Shown here in pieces: positions 1 to 10,629 of a stretch of 28,480 nucleotides of DNA (position 1 is the stretch's first letter; the number at the start of each line of letters is the position of its first letter). The notes under the pieces were generated by a model, which saw only the letters and a list, made by a program, of their open reading frames with translations, did no database searches and was not told the DNA's origin. The stretch is from Octopus sinensis (lineage: Eukaryota), in the NCBI RefSeq assembly GCF_006345805.1, contig NW_021833573.1:1-28480 (forward strand), in the 5' to 3' direction. Made by a program: the position numbers and the translations under genes.

Positions 1-331
1 TTATGTTCGGTGGCATGTAAGTGGTGTTACAGCGTGCGTCAGTGAGTACGCTTCCATACATATTTATATTTATATTCACGTGTAAGACATACATACACTT
101 CTTGGGGAGTCTACATCAAACTATACATAAGTGAATATAATTATATAAGTTGATCCGATATAGATATATATGTGCGTTCGTGTGTGATTGTCTGTCTCTC
201 TCTATTTATATGTATATATATATGTGTGTTTATATATGCATATATATATGTGTGGTTTATATATATATATTATAGATATTATATATATTATATATATATA
301 CACACCAGATATATATATATATATATATATA

Positions 332-369
<38 letters not shown>

Positions 370-482
370 TGCATCGGTAGATAAATTGCTAAATGTATAG
401 AAACTTCTGTAAACATACATAAACACCAAACAAAAATAGTTACACACATAGACAGCTACAGATAAATACATAAATTCTATTT

Positions 483-715
483 AAGGCCCGACATTTAGGG
501 AGAGGGGACATTCGATTAGACTGACCTCAGTGCGCAACTGACTCCGAAGGGATGAAAGGCGATGTCGACCGCGGTGGAATTTGAACTCAGAACATAAAGA
601 CAGACGAAATACCTATGTCTTTACTACCCACAAAGGGGCTAAACACAGAGAGGACAAACAAGGACAGATAAACGGATTAAGACGATTATATCGATCCCAG
701 TGCGTAACTGATACT
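483..715 (-). mobile_element. Composite tRNA-derived SINE fragments (Meta-like core)
   Basis: B box GAGTTCAAATTCC, core GTCGAC..GCCTTTCATCC, two tail types joined at 612/613. Confidence 0.8.
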
Positions 716-723
716 AATGGCTA

Positions 724-780
<57 letters not shown>

Positions 781-781
781 C

Positions 782-869
<88 letters not shown>

Positions 870-886
870 TTATTTATCTATCTATC
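724..886. repeat. (CT)n then (TCTA)n microsatellite
   Basis: Directly visible. Confidence 0.95.
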
Positions 887-887
887 T

Positions 888-2183
888 TTCGAGCCGGGAC
901 ATATGGACAACTTCCAGAGGTCCCTGGCCTGGCAGTGCTATCAGGAAGCGCTACTCCTTCCGGATAAGCTCTACAGGTATGGCTCGAGAAACACGGGGCC
1001 GACCTGTCCGAGATGTGGTCAGAGCGACGAAACCGTCCGACACGCACTCGTACAGTGACCAATCATTCCCGACCTGTGAGCCTATGTTGAACGACTGCTA
1101 TCGCGTGTGGGACTAGTCAGTTTATCAACCGAATCTATCGTGAATATTGTCCAGACCCCCTTCCTTGAAACGGGAGGGAAGAGCCATTTTTATCGTACTT
1201 GTGGTTATGGCGAAAGAATGAGTATGGTGGACGCGTCTAAAAGGTACTAAAGACAAACACTTTCCTCTCTGGTCAATCTCTCATCAACTTCTTCAAGTAT
1301 CATTTGAAGAGGATAGTGACAGTAGAGAGGGAAGATTTGTCTAGTGAATGTTTAAAAAAAAGATGGGTGAACGTAGCAAGGATGAATGACGGAGCCACCT
1401 TCAGCGTAATACTATGAACCAATCTAAGTAGAGATTTCAAACTTAAAATCTTCAAAGCCACAGTCGAACCAATTCTATTATATGGCTCAGAAACCTGGAC
1501 GTTATCAAAGAAGCTTGAGAGACGGTTGGATGGAACTTACACTCGCCTCCTTATGAGAGCTCAAAATCTCTCGTGGAAGCGTCATCCAACCAAAGTACAA
1601 ATATATGGGAAACTACCACCTGTATCATCTCTTCTGAAAGGTAGAAGAGTCCAGTTTGCTGGACATCGTTGTAGAGCTGAAACCGAGGTAATTTCTCCTC
1701 TGGAAGCCATCTACTCGCGATACCAGAGGGCGCACACTCTCCTATCCTGATGTAATCTCCAGGGATACAGGCATCCAGCAACAGGTCCTCCGTAATGCTA
1801 TGATCGTCCGTGAAGTCTGGCGTAGCATAGTAAATTCCATTGTCTCGACCACGGTCGAACAATGATGATGATGATGAACCCAAAAAAAAAAGACAGGAAA
1901 AAAGAGAGCCACTCACTGTAATGTGTTTTTTTTGCATGACACTATTACCCGAGGTTACCGTGGTCTTTTCCGTAGGCTTTTCTTTCCACGGATAAACCTA
2001 ATCTGTTTCCCCTTTTTAAATTACGAGATTTCTGTGATACACGATCCCTATTGATCGGCCTTTTTTTTCTTTCGCGATCCCTTTTGATCGAATTTCTACC
2101 CTTTTTTTTCTTTTCCACCAAAGAAAAGTGCTACTTTGTATTTTGTCCCCTCTGTGTTCAGCCCTGTGTAGCCAATAAAGAAA
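888..2183 (+). mobile_element. 5'-truncated L1/Tx1-clade LINE (ORF2 C-terminus + 3' UTR) inside (TCTA)n
   Basis: MDNFQRSLAWQCY...CPRCGQSDETVRHALVQ* (CCHC knuckle with last Cys mutated to TGA), further disrupted coding sequence, T-rich UTR ending AATAAAGAAA; (TCTA)n on both sides. Confidence 0.8.
1421..1873 (+). mobile_element. RTE-clade LINE 3' fragment nested in the Tx1 copy
   Basis: KLKIFKATVEPILLYGSETWTL...RRVQFAGH; (TGA)n tail; 7-bp direct repeat ATGAACC at 1414-1420 and 1874-1880. Confidence 0.85.
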
Positions 2184-2185
2184 CA

Positions 2186-2338
<153 letters not shown>

Positions 2339-2344
2339 CTTTTC

Positions 2345-2592
2345 TTTTTTTATTCTGTTACTTGTTTCAGTCATTAGACTCCGCCTGGAATAATTTTAGT
2401 CCAACTAATCGAACCAGTACTTATATCAAAGCCTGGTACTTAATCTATCTCCTTCCTTTACCGAACTATTAAGTTACAGAACATAAACACACCATCACCG
2501 GTTGTCATTCGTTCGTGTGGGACAACCACACACACTGATACACACACACGACGCGCTTCTTTCAGTTTCCGTCTAAAAGTAAACGATCACTC
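2345..2592 (-). mobile_element. Partial SINE of the 20749-21195 family
   Basis: cagtcatt...tacttaatctatc...cttctttcagtttccgtcta shared with that copy. Confidence 0.6.
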
Positions 2593-2640
2593 ATTGAAAT
2601 CTTCAAACTATGCACCAATAAAAATAGGGGGTAAAGTTAC

Positions 2641-2870
2641 CTCCTCGCGTCATAAGAGCCTATTTTTGACGGTTTCAGTGGCGTTTATAAAATCCAACCA
2701 GGATGGGACGCCGGTCCGTCCCGGGATTATTCCCTTTTGCCAGCTAAGTGGACTGGAGCAACTTAAAATGAAGTGTCTTGCTGAAGAACACAACGCGTCG
2801 CCCGGTGTAGGAATCGAAACCACAAGCTTACGCTTCATGAGTCCAACACTGTAACTACTGTGCCAAGCGC
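2641..2870 (-). mobile_element. tRNA-derived SINE (body A + tail Y)
   Basis: B box GGTTTCGATTCC, body GCGTTGTGTTCTTCAGCAAGACACTT..GCTCCAGTCCAC, tail GACGGACCGGCGTCCC..CTTATGA. Confidence 0.75.
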
Positions 2871-2956
2871 TTTGACTATGAGGTAGTGCATGATTAATTC
2901 AACACAATGTGAATAATCATTATAATTGATAAATTAATCCGAATATTAACAGATGC

Positions 2957-2989
<33 letters not shown>

Positions 2990-4307
2990 AGAAGGAGAGA
3001 GAGGAAAAGAGAAAGAGAGGGAAAGAGAAAGACAGAGAGTGAGTGGTGGTGGTGGGGTGCAGGCGAACATATTTGCGCTTATCTGTGTGTGCGCATGTGC
3101 GGGCATGCAAACACGTGTGTGTGAATTATGAAACGTGGAAGAAATAGAAAAAAAAAAAAAAGAAAAGGAGTGGAGGAAAGAAAGAAAAACAGAAAGGAAG
3201 AAAGAATGAAAGAAAGAGAGAGGGAAAGGAAGGAAGGAAGAAAAGGGACGAAGGATGAAAGAAAGAAAGAGAAAACGAAAAAAGAAAGAGGTTCCTTTAT
3301 ATTGTATTCGAATGGGCAGCTTGTTGAAGTTTATGACAATCCAAGATGTCGATCTTCTTTTAATCATTGTTTTGAAAGCACCTGTTCGTCTGTCTCAATC
3401 TTTCTCTCAATCTCCTTCTCTCTCTCTCATTCTCCATCTCTCTTTCTCAATCTCCCCCTCTCTCTCAGTCTGTCTGTCTCTGTCTGTTTCTCTCTCCCCC
3501 CCTCTCTCTCTCTCTCTCTTATAAACACATCAACGGTGGTTCCCCACCATAAACGCGGCTTCAGAGCTGAAAGACTTTAAGGATGTGTAAAGATATCCAT
3601 ACATACACTACACTCACACATACACGCACAATCTACACAATACTTAATGTAATATGTATATACACACCTACACACATTCATCCGTTCATCTACACAAACA
3701 CATACACTATATACACACTTTACATATGTATATACACACACACATACATACATACATACATGCATACATACATACATACATACATACATACATACATACA
3801 TGCATACATACACACGTACACGCACTCACACGCGCATACACAGAAACACACGCACGACACATACAATATATACCCACTTTGCATATGTATATACACACAT
3901 ACAAAACGCGTACACATACACGTACTCACACGCGCACACGCAGAAACACACGCACACGCAGACACACACGCACGCACATACATCCCTATGGTTTCATATA
4001 TATTTTATACCATCAAAGTGTTAAAAAAAATACGATACCTAATAGCTTTAAGCATGTATAGATACAGTCACATATATTAGATATGAAAGAAATCCAAAAT
4101 GTCCAAATTGGATTTAAAATGTAAACAGACACTCGCTTCGATGCCAGTAAATCCCACAAAAAAAATGATAGGCTTGGAAAGGGTCAAAAGTGACTCTCTC
4201 AGTACTCACATCTCGCATTTGATTATTTCTCTCCAGACACATTTCTGCAAAATCTGCCCAACTACAGTATTTGATATGAGACAACCATGTAGAACAGTAT
4301 CAATGTT

Positions 4308-4770
4308 CATTATTTACATTATTTACATTCGACGGATATTTGTCCCCATTTTGTTTGTTGTTAAACACAACGTTTCGGCTGATATACCATCCAGCCTTCT
4401 TCAGGTGCCTTGGGGAAATTTCGAACCTAGGTTCCCATTCCTAAGGTATTTTTCGATGTTGTTGTTGTTATTATTATTATTATTATGTTTTTTCCTTCTT
4501 TCTTCAAATTTTCTTCCGTTTCTCGCCGAGTGTTTTCCATACATCTAGGGCAAAGAAGCTCATTGTATGCATTCCCAGATTACACACGCAAATTCACAGA
4601 TAAAATATGTATTTAAAAATTAATAAATAAATAAATTCATGGATGGATGTTGTTTTCATTATTATTGTACAGGTCACTGCTTTGAATCGAACTCGGAATC
4701 TTGCGGTTATTAGCACGCGCTCTTAACCACTACCCCATATGCCCGTACATAATTCCTGATCTCGTCTATA
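4308..4770 (-). mobile_element. tRNA-headed SINE-like unit with hammerhead tail
   Basis: Minus strand: tRNA-like head 4744-4671 (A box TGGGGTAGTGG, B box GAGTTCGATTC), (AAT/AAC)n linker with a probable insert at ~4487-4657, hammerhead, (TGTAAATAA)n end. Flanked by an 18-bp direct repeat at 4290-4307 and 4771-4788 (one mismatch). Confidence 0.65.
4363..4410 (-). ncRNA. Minimal type I hammerhead ribozyme
   Basis: Minus strand: AGGCAC-CUGAAGA-A-GGCUG(10-nt loop)CAGCC-GAAAC-GUU-GUGUUU. Canonical CUGANGA/GAAA core, perfect stem II, 6-bp stem I with two G-U pairs, palindromic ACGU stem III. Confidence 0.8.
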
Positions 4771-4794
4771 TAGAACAGTGTCAATGTTGTTTGT

Positions 4795-5082
4795 TTCTTC
4801 TCGAGCCATGCCTGGCTCATAAGGGCCGGTTCACAGGTTTCATTGGTGTGTAGTTTCTCCCCATGAACGGGACGCCGGCCCGTCCCAGGTGAGCTGCTAG
4901 GTGCAGGAGGAAAGAGTGAGAGACAGTTGTGACGAAAGAGTTAGCAGAAGTTTGCCATTACCTTCTACCGGAGCCGCGTGGTGTTTCGCTCATAAACACA
5001 CAAATCGCCCGGTCTGAGATTCGAACCCCCGATCCCTCGACCACATGTTCACTGCTCTAACCACTAGAACATATCCCTCCAC
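4795..5082 (-). mobile_element. tRNA-derived SINE (body B + tail Y)
   Basis: B box GGTTCGAATCTC, body CAGACCGGGCG..GAGCGAAACAC..GGCTCCGG, tail GACGGGCCGGCGTCCC..CTTATGAG. Confidence 0.75.
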
Positions 5083-5140
5083 AAAATAGTGGTAATAACT
5101 TGTTCAATTCCAGTGATTGTCCACGTATATTCTGTTCTAC

Positions 5141-5732
5141 TCTAGGCTCAAGGTCTGAAATTTGGAGGGAGGGGACCAGTCGATTAGATCCACCCAAGTA
5201 CGCAAATGGAACTTAATTTGTCAAAAGGCAAAGTCGACCTCGGCGGAACTTGAACTCAGAACGTAAAGACAGACGAAATAACGCTAAGCAGTTTGCCCGG
5301 CGTGCTAACGTTTCTTATGTCTTTATTGCTCACAAGGGGCTAAACATAGAGGAGACAAAAAAGGACAGTCAAAGGGATTAAGTCGATTACATCGACCCCA
5401 GTGCGTAAGTGGTACTTAATTTATCGATCCTTAAAGGATGAAAGGCAAAGCCGACCTCGGCAGAATTTGAACTCAGAACGTAACGGCAGACGAAATACCT
5501 TTTTCTTTACTACCCACAAGGGGCTAAACACAGGGTGGACAAACAAGGACAGACAAACGGATTAAGTCGATTATATCGACCCCAGTGCATAACTGGTACT
5601 TATTTAATCGACCCTGAAAGGATGAAAGGCAAAGTCGACCTCGGCGGAATTTGAACTCAGAACGTAACAGCAGACGAAATACCGCTAAGCATTTCGTCTG
5701 GCGCACTAACGTTTTTGCCAGCTCGCCGCCTT
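5141..5732 (-). mobile_element. Three-unit array of tRNA-derived SINE (Meta-like core)
   Basis: Head AAGGCGGCGAGCTGGC at 5732, three B boxes and cores, junctions at 5314/5315 and 5498/5499. Confidence 0.88.
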
Positions 5733-5858
5733 GGTGTCCTCGTATATTAAACTTTAAGTAAAAAAAAATATATATGTATATATATATATATATATATACA
5801 TACATATACAAATATTTATATATGCACATATACAAATATTTATATATGCACAATATAT

Positions 5859-5927
<69 letters not shown>

Positions 5928-6034
5928 AACACATAAGAGATGGCCATAATAGGACATCTGACTCACTAGAAAGAGCAGTTAAACTCCAAACCACTAACAG
6001 TTGTAATTCTGAAATATATATATATATATATATA

Positions 6035-6076
<42 letters not shown>

Positions 6077-6504
6077 CATATGTCTGTGAGTGTGTGTGTG
6101 TGCTTGTGTGTGTGTGTGCGTATGTTTGCAAACATATAAACACACATTTGTACGCACGCGCACATACACACATTCACTCCCGCGCACGTACGCGCACACA
6201 TTCACATATAATTACAATACACGCACACACACATACACACGTACAAACACCCACTAATTCACATACACACCGACACATATACATACACACAACATATACC
6301 TCCACGCGCACCCACACATACACATACGTACACACATATAAGCACAGACACACAGACATTCGCACACTCGCACACAATCATACATACGTATATATACACA
6401 CACACGCACACATACACTAAGTCTAAGCACAGTTACTCGCCATACACACAAAAAGACGCACACGTACAAAACACACACACAATACATATACACGCACACA
6501 CAGA

Positions 6505-6950
6505 TTCCTCCTTGCTGCTGACCGCCTCTGACTTGCTAGGGTACCCCCACCCACTCCTTAATTCCCTACTGCTTGCTACCAGCCATCACCCTCATTCCGC
6601 AACTGCTGCTAGTAGCCTCGTCCACCATACACTCACACACACCCTTGTCATCTCGCACACCTCTTTTACCATTCATTCTCTGACCCCCTCTTTTGTTTTT
6701 AAAAAACACTTTTCCTTCCTTTTGACCACTTCCGTCCTTTCAGTATGTGACCCCGTGTAGACTACCTGCAATTTTTTTTTTCCTCTGTCCTTCCCATCTC
6801 GGAATGTTTCTTTCTCCTATGTTTCCGACGAAGAGCTCCGCTCGAAACGTCAAACCCTCCTTCTTCCCTTCTTTCCTGAGCGTCCAATAATACTTTATTT
6901 GTTCCACATCCTTGCGTTGTTGTTTTTTGTTTTCTTGTTTGGATTAACTT
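6505..6950 (+). mobile_element. 3' remnant of a second hammerhead-carrying (probably Penelope-like) family
   Basis: C/T-rich segment containing the hammerhead motif and ending TGTTTGGATTAACT-(TA)n. The same terminus recurs at ~20945-21001. Confidence 0.5.
6821..6855 (+). ncRNA. Minimal type I hammerhead-like motif (U4C variant)
   Basis: GUUU-CCGACGA-A-GAGC(UCC)GCUC-GAAAC-GUC-AAAC. Stems I and II pair; GUC cleavage triplet; palindromic ACGU. Confidence 0.6.
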
Positions 6951-6960
6951 TATATATATA

Positions 6961-7785
6961 TATATCAACGAAGAAGTCATCAAACTAATAGACGACATCA
7001 ATACTGAAACATTACCAGCACTATGGAATGAAGAATGTGAAAAAGAGGAACTTAAGTCCCTCCAACGATGGGAAAAGAGCGCCATCTGGTTTTTAGATTA
7101 TGAAACCAACTTCAAAAATGAACACATATCCAACAACCCCTTCATAAAATTAAGTAAATCAAAACCAAATACCAACAGAACGGAACAACCACCAAGAAAT
7201 CCTAACACACTCTACACCAGAAAAGTACACCTAAAACACACCCCACACTACCTACACCAACCCCAAAACACCTACAGAGGCCCACCACACCAGTTCGAAA
7301 ATAGACATACCAACAGAGCAGAACAACCACCAAGAAATCCAAACACACTCTACACCAGAAAAATACATTTAAAACGCACCCCACACTACCTACACCAGCC
7401 CCAAAACACTTACAGGGTCCAACCACACCATTCCACGAACCTAAGAGCCACAACATACAATACTATAAAATACAATCCACATAACCAAACCAAAACGCTA
7501 CTACCAAACATCCACCCCAGGAACCAACCATAGAAACATAACAAACAACAAATGCACTACGGAGGAAACAACTACCAACACAATATACCTGATGAACTAA
7601 GACGGAACACTAGGTACAACAACACACTCCAGAACAGAGCACCACAAACTCACTCTGACAATTATAACAACATGAGACAGATAAATAGTAGTTTTGAACA
7701 TAACTACACCAACCATTTTTTAGACCTTACACACAGGAACAGGGACACACGATGGCAAAGGACAAACAAAAGAAACCTCAGGTAA
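6961..7785 (+). pseudogene. Upstream ORF1 of the Penelope-like element (5'-truncated, one internal stop at 7531)
   Basis: Frame 1 is open from 6961 (INEEVIKLIDD...LWNEECEKEELKSLQRWEK...) to TAG 7531-7533, then continues in frame to TAA at 7785. Helical-looking N part followed by an N/Q/P/H/T-rich low-complexity tail. Confidence 0.65.
7169..7430 (+). repeat. 138-bp (46-codon) in-frame tandem duplication within ORF1
   Basis: ataccaacaga...ccacacca begins at 7169 and again at 7307. Confidence 0.9.
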
Positions 7786-8187
7786 TTAAGATAATCAATC
7801 TCTCAAACAAAGAACTTACACCTAACGAAATAAGCATACTCTCCAAAGGACTTAAATTTACACCTACCCCACAACGTTCTAATTACTATGAAATGAAAGA
7901 TGATATTTCGGAATTCTGCAGAAACTAAGACTCACCGAGGCATTTCAAGACAAACAAATAGAGGAGGACTCAATAGCTAGAAACAAGAGCATTACACCCC
8001 CACCAAGGGAAAGAATAAAGCCTTAGACCGCTATTGTGACTACATAACTAATTTCCCGTTTCAATTCATCAAGAAACAAAAACACAGCCCTAACCTCAAC
8101 AAAAGAGAATGGAACGACCTCATCAAACTAAGAGAAGACAAAACAATAACAATTAAGGAGGCAGATAAGGGCAACGCGATAGTAATA
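7752..8187 (+). pseudogene. N-terminal part of Penelope ORF2, broken by two frameshifts (~7923, ~7990)
   Basis: From ATG 7752 frame 3 reads MAKDKQKKPQVIKIINLSNKELTPNEISILSKGLKFTPTP...EFCR; frame 2 continues LRLTEAFQDKQIEEDSIARNKS; frame 1 continues YTPTKGKNKALD...IKEADKGNAIVIM into the 8188 ORF. INLS..KGL.F.P and the DKG motif are typical of PLE N-termini. Confidence 0.85.
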
Positions 8188-10047
8188 ATGAATACAAACG
8201 ATTATAAAAATTTAGTGCTATCCCTATTAAGAGATGAAACGTATTATGAAAGGGCCCAACAGTATAATCAGCAAAAAATAATGCATAACCTTAGGACATT
8301 AATCAACACATACCAAGAAGTACTCACGAACAAGGAGTATGAATACATCACTAACTTCAAATGCAAATCGAGTTTGTTCTATGGTATCCCTAAGGTACAC
8401 AAAAGCCAAATAATTAAAGAAACGTGCAAAACATCCACCGACATACTCATCAAAATCCCTTCACCAAATGATCTTAAACTAAGACCGATAATAGCAGGGC
8501 CAGCATGCGAAACTCACCGCCTCAGCAATTTCTTAGACACACTTCTTAAACCTTTCCTAAAACACATCAAAAGCTACGTAAGAGACGATATAGATATGCT
8601 CAACCACCTCCCTAAAACAGTCAATGAGAAAACCCTTCTAGTATCATTCGACGTAGTTAATCTTTACTCTAACATCCCTCACAACCTAGGTATAGAAGCG
8701 ATCACCTTCTGGCTGAATAACTACCCCTTTGAACTCCCAACTCGCATAAACAAAGACCTTATAATAGAAGGACTTAGATTTATTTTAGAGAACAATTATT
8801 TTATTTTTGACAATGATTTCTACAGACAAAGATCGGAAACAGCGATGGGCACGCGTACTGCACCATCTTTTGCCAACCTAGTGATGGGATACCTCGAGAA
8901 AATACTCTACCGGATAACACTCGAGAAATATGGAAACACCTTCGCCACCTATATACATAACAACTGGAAAAGATACCTCGATGACTGTTTCATCATCTGG
9001 GACAAAGGTATAGAGAAACTTGAGGAATTTAAAATACCATTAAATGGAATAAATGACAATATACAATTCACGATGGATCACAACGAAAAAGAATTACCAT
9101 TTTTAGACATCCTCATCAAGAAAACCGGCAACAAAATAGAGACAGATATCTACTATAAACCGACAGACTCCAAACAGTACCTACCCTTTGATTCATGCCA
9201 CCCACGACACACTAGAATGAATGTCCCTTTTTGTTTAGCTAGAAGGATTTGCACCATAATATCAGACACAAACACCCGACACACACGTCTCCAGGAACTT
9301 AGAACCACACTCACAAATAGAAACTATCCACAGCCCCTAATAGACAGTGCAATACAACGGGTACGTAAATTAAGTATAGAAGACCTGAGACAAACAAAAC
9401 CAAAAAAGAAAGAACAATTAAAAACCCTTCCCTACATCTCTACACACAACCCACTCAACAATGAGGCCTTCAACACCATACTACAAAGCACAGCCCTACT
9501 AAAGGGAGACCCAAAGATGAACCGGATCCTCGAAACACACACCATCATTAAAAGTAAACGGCAACCAAAATCCTTGAAAAGGATTTTAACCCAAGCTACA
9601 CTGCACTCAACATCAACCACAAAACCAGCAGTTAGAAAATGCGGAAGGCCCAACTGCGGAATCTGTGTCATCTTGAAAGAAGGATCAGAATTTATACTGG
9701 AACAAGGCCACCAGTTCACCATTAGAACAAACTTCACCTGCGCATCAGAAAACTTAATTTACGTCATAACATGCGCAGGCTGCAATAGGCAGAATATAGG
9801 CCATACAAAAAATAGCTTACGTAACAGGATGGCGGTGCATAAATCACAAATTAGAAACCCTGATTACCGGAAAACACCGGTCAGCGGACACATAGATAGA
9901 TGTGCTGGAAATGTAAATCCGAAATTTACAACTAACCCGCTCTATAAATTCAGTGACAACGCAACCTTCACGCAACGCCAAAATAAAGAACTGTATTTCA
10001 TAAAAAAATATAGACCAAGTTTAAACACCCTGGGCCAGGAATATTAA
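8188..10047 (+). CDS. Penelope-type reverse transcriptase with C-terminal GIY-YIG endonuclease (intact part of ORF2)
   Basis: 619-aa ORF with PLE RT motifs YGIPKVHK, LRPII, SFDVVNLYSNI, TAMGTRTAP, RYLDD, LPFLD, YYKPT; Cys linker CGRPNCGIC; endonuclease motifs NLIYVITC..C...NIG.T..LR.RM..H. Confidence 0.93.
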   Translation: MNTNDYKNLVLSLLRDETYYERAQQYNQQKIMHNLRTLINTYQEVLTNKEYEYITNFKCKSSLFYGIPKVHKSQIIKETCKTSTDILIKIPSPNDLKLRPIIAGPACETHRLSNFLDTLLKPFLKHIKSYVRDDIDMLNHLPKTVNEKTLLVSFDVVNLYSNIPHNLGIEAITFWLNNYPFELPTRINKDLIIEGLRFILENNYFIFDNDFYRQRSETAMGTRTAPSFANLVMGYLEKILYRITLEKYGNTFATYIHNNWKRYLDDCFIIWDKGIEKLEEFKIPLNGINDNIQFTMDHNEKELPFLDILIKKTGNKIETDIYYKPTDSKQYLPFDSCHPRHTRMNVPFCLARRICTIISDTNTRHTRLQELRTTLTNRNYPQPLIDSAIQRVRKLSIEDLRQTKPKKKEQLKTLPYISTHNPLNNEAFNTILQSTALLKGDPKMNRILETHTIIKSKRQPKSLKRILTQATLHSTSTTKPAVRKCGRPNCGICVILKEGSEFILEQGHQFTIRTNFTCASENLIYVITCAGCNRQNIGHTKNSLRNRMAVHKSQIRNPDYRKTPVSGHIDRCAGNVNPKFTTNPLYKFSDNATFTQRQNKELYFIKKYRPSLNTLGQEY

Positions 10048-10239
10048 AACAAAAGATAGGTCCTCCGAAAAGGAGAAGCAAAATTCCACCACGGCCGCTA
10101 CCTTAAACAGTCACTCGCACTGACGGAAATATGCCTTAGGAAAAAAAAGGAAAAAAATTTATAAAAAGATTTCTTCGTACAAATCTAACCCTGATGGACT
10201 GACCACATACGATACAGCTAAGGGTCAGACCCGATTCTG

Positions 10240-10629
10240 ATTGGTCAACACGTTGATGACGTCTAGTTTTGCTAGACTGGACAGGATACAGACAAGGGGC
10301 AGAGATTAGTCAGAATATTGATGAGGTCCTTTTCTGCTCGACTAGTCACCTAACAAGATACAGACAAGGGACAGATCTAATACAGCTATAAGTCGTGATT
10401 GGTCAGAATTTTGATGACGTCCCGTTCTGCTTGACTAAGCCACCTAACGAAACGATTGGTCAAAACAGGATACAGACAAGAGGCAGTTATAATACAGCGA
10501 TAGGTAACGATTGGTCAGAATGTTGATGACGTCCCGTTCTGCTTGACTAAGCCACCTAACAAAACGATTGGTCAAAACGTTGATGACGTCACGCTACGCT
10601 GGACTGACCACCTAACAGGAGTTATAAAA
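10240..10629 (+). promoter_or_regulatory. Putative Pol II promoter in the element's 3' repeat: ATTGG-N12-TGACGTC modules plus TATA
   Basis: ATTGG at 10240, 10398, 10455, 10510, 10567; TGACGTC at 10257, 10415, 10527; full TGACGTCA at 10584; TATAAAA at 10623. Confidence 0.6.

Noticed and set aside
7589-7612. CTGATGA within ORF1
   Set aside because: No stem II or GAAA.
9432-9737. Antisense 101-aa ORF
   Set aside because: Shadow of the Penelope ORF.
10195-10620. Repeat array as CRISPR-like
   Set aside because: Eukaryotic context; the intervening sequences are themselves duplicated rather than unique spacers.
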